Shown piece by piece: positions 63,356 through 64,000 of a stretch of DNA of 64,000 bases. Source of the DNA: Octopus sinensis. Its lineage: Eukaryota. The position numbers and the translations under genes are program-made. The stretch covers positions 79,856,001 to 79,920,000 of the forward strand of contig NC_043004.1 in assembly GCF_006345805.1 (NCBI RefSeq), read 5' to 3'. Under the pieces are notes generated by a model, which did not search any database, was not told the origin of the DNA, and saw only the letters and a program-made list of their open reading frames with translations. Numbering within the stretch: the stretch's first letter is position 1; every line of letters begins with the position of its first letter.

Positions 63356-64000
63356 TGCCTCTATATACACATACACACATATATGAGAGAGAGAGAGAAA
63401 GAAAGAGAGAGATTGGTTGATAGATATCATAAAGAGATTTGTTATTGTAGTGAATTGACGATCTACAATTTCTTCCAGAGAATATTATCTCGACACTCTT
63501 TCCTTTTGTTGCTTTGTTATGGACTTTATTGATTAACATTTTCCGGGTTACCTTTTGTTTATAGTAACCTTGGTTACGAGTTAGGAGGAGCTTCTCTCTA
63601 TTTACAATAGGGTTTTACCTTCTTTTTTTGCCATCTGTATTTCTTTCCTCCTCTGCCTCTCCTCCTGTGTGTGCTGCTGATAGCTGCTGGTCCAAGCGAA
63701 TGGCTAACATACAGCAGATGGTTAGCTGGTTGTAGCTAAGTATTATGTCCAGGTATGTTAGATAGCTTGTATTGAATTGAAATCTCAGTACAATTGTGTG
63801 TATGTCTGCCTCTCATTATGTGTGTGTTTGTGCTAGTGTGTGTGTGTCTGTGTAAGTGAATATGTATGTCTCTGTATGTGTGTGGTTGTATGTTTCTGAT
63901 TTCTTTCTGAAACATTTTTTCAAGTTCATGATGTTACTGATTACATGCTTTAAACCCTTTATTACAATGTTTGTCAAAATATTCTGCCATTGTTTCAATT

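Overview
AT-rich, microsatellite- and transposon-saturated eukaryotic genomic DNA, intronic or intergenic. The repeat families match my recollection of Octopus (coleoid cephalopod) SINEs; this is unverified. I found no confidently identifiable host protein-coding gene, rRNA, true tRNA gene or CRISPR array, and all long ORFs in the track are microsatellite artefacts. Content: four tRNA-derived SINE families (my labels A-D) and an RTE-tail SINE-like family ('O'). There are three distinct RTE-LINE ORF2 C-terminal relics, a mariner transposase relic, piggyBac-, hAT-, pogo- and mariner-type MITEs, and a Helentron-associated element. The best signal is a set of short Penelope-like inserts, mostly in (TA)n tracts, carrying eight minimal type I hammerhead ribozyme motifs or decayed versions. 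One of these sits in a perfect 135-bp inverted repeat (26165-26444), and three share a non-canonical CUGUnGA core. Repeat boundaries are read by eye (about +/-20 bp). Hammerhead, TSD and palindrome coordinates were checked base by base.
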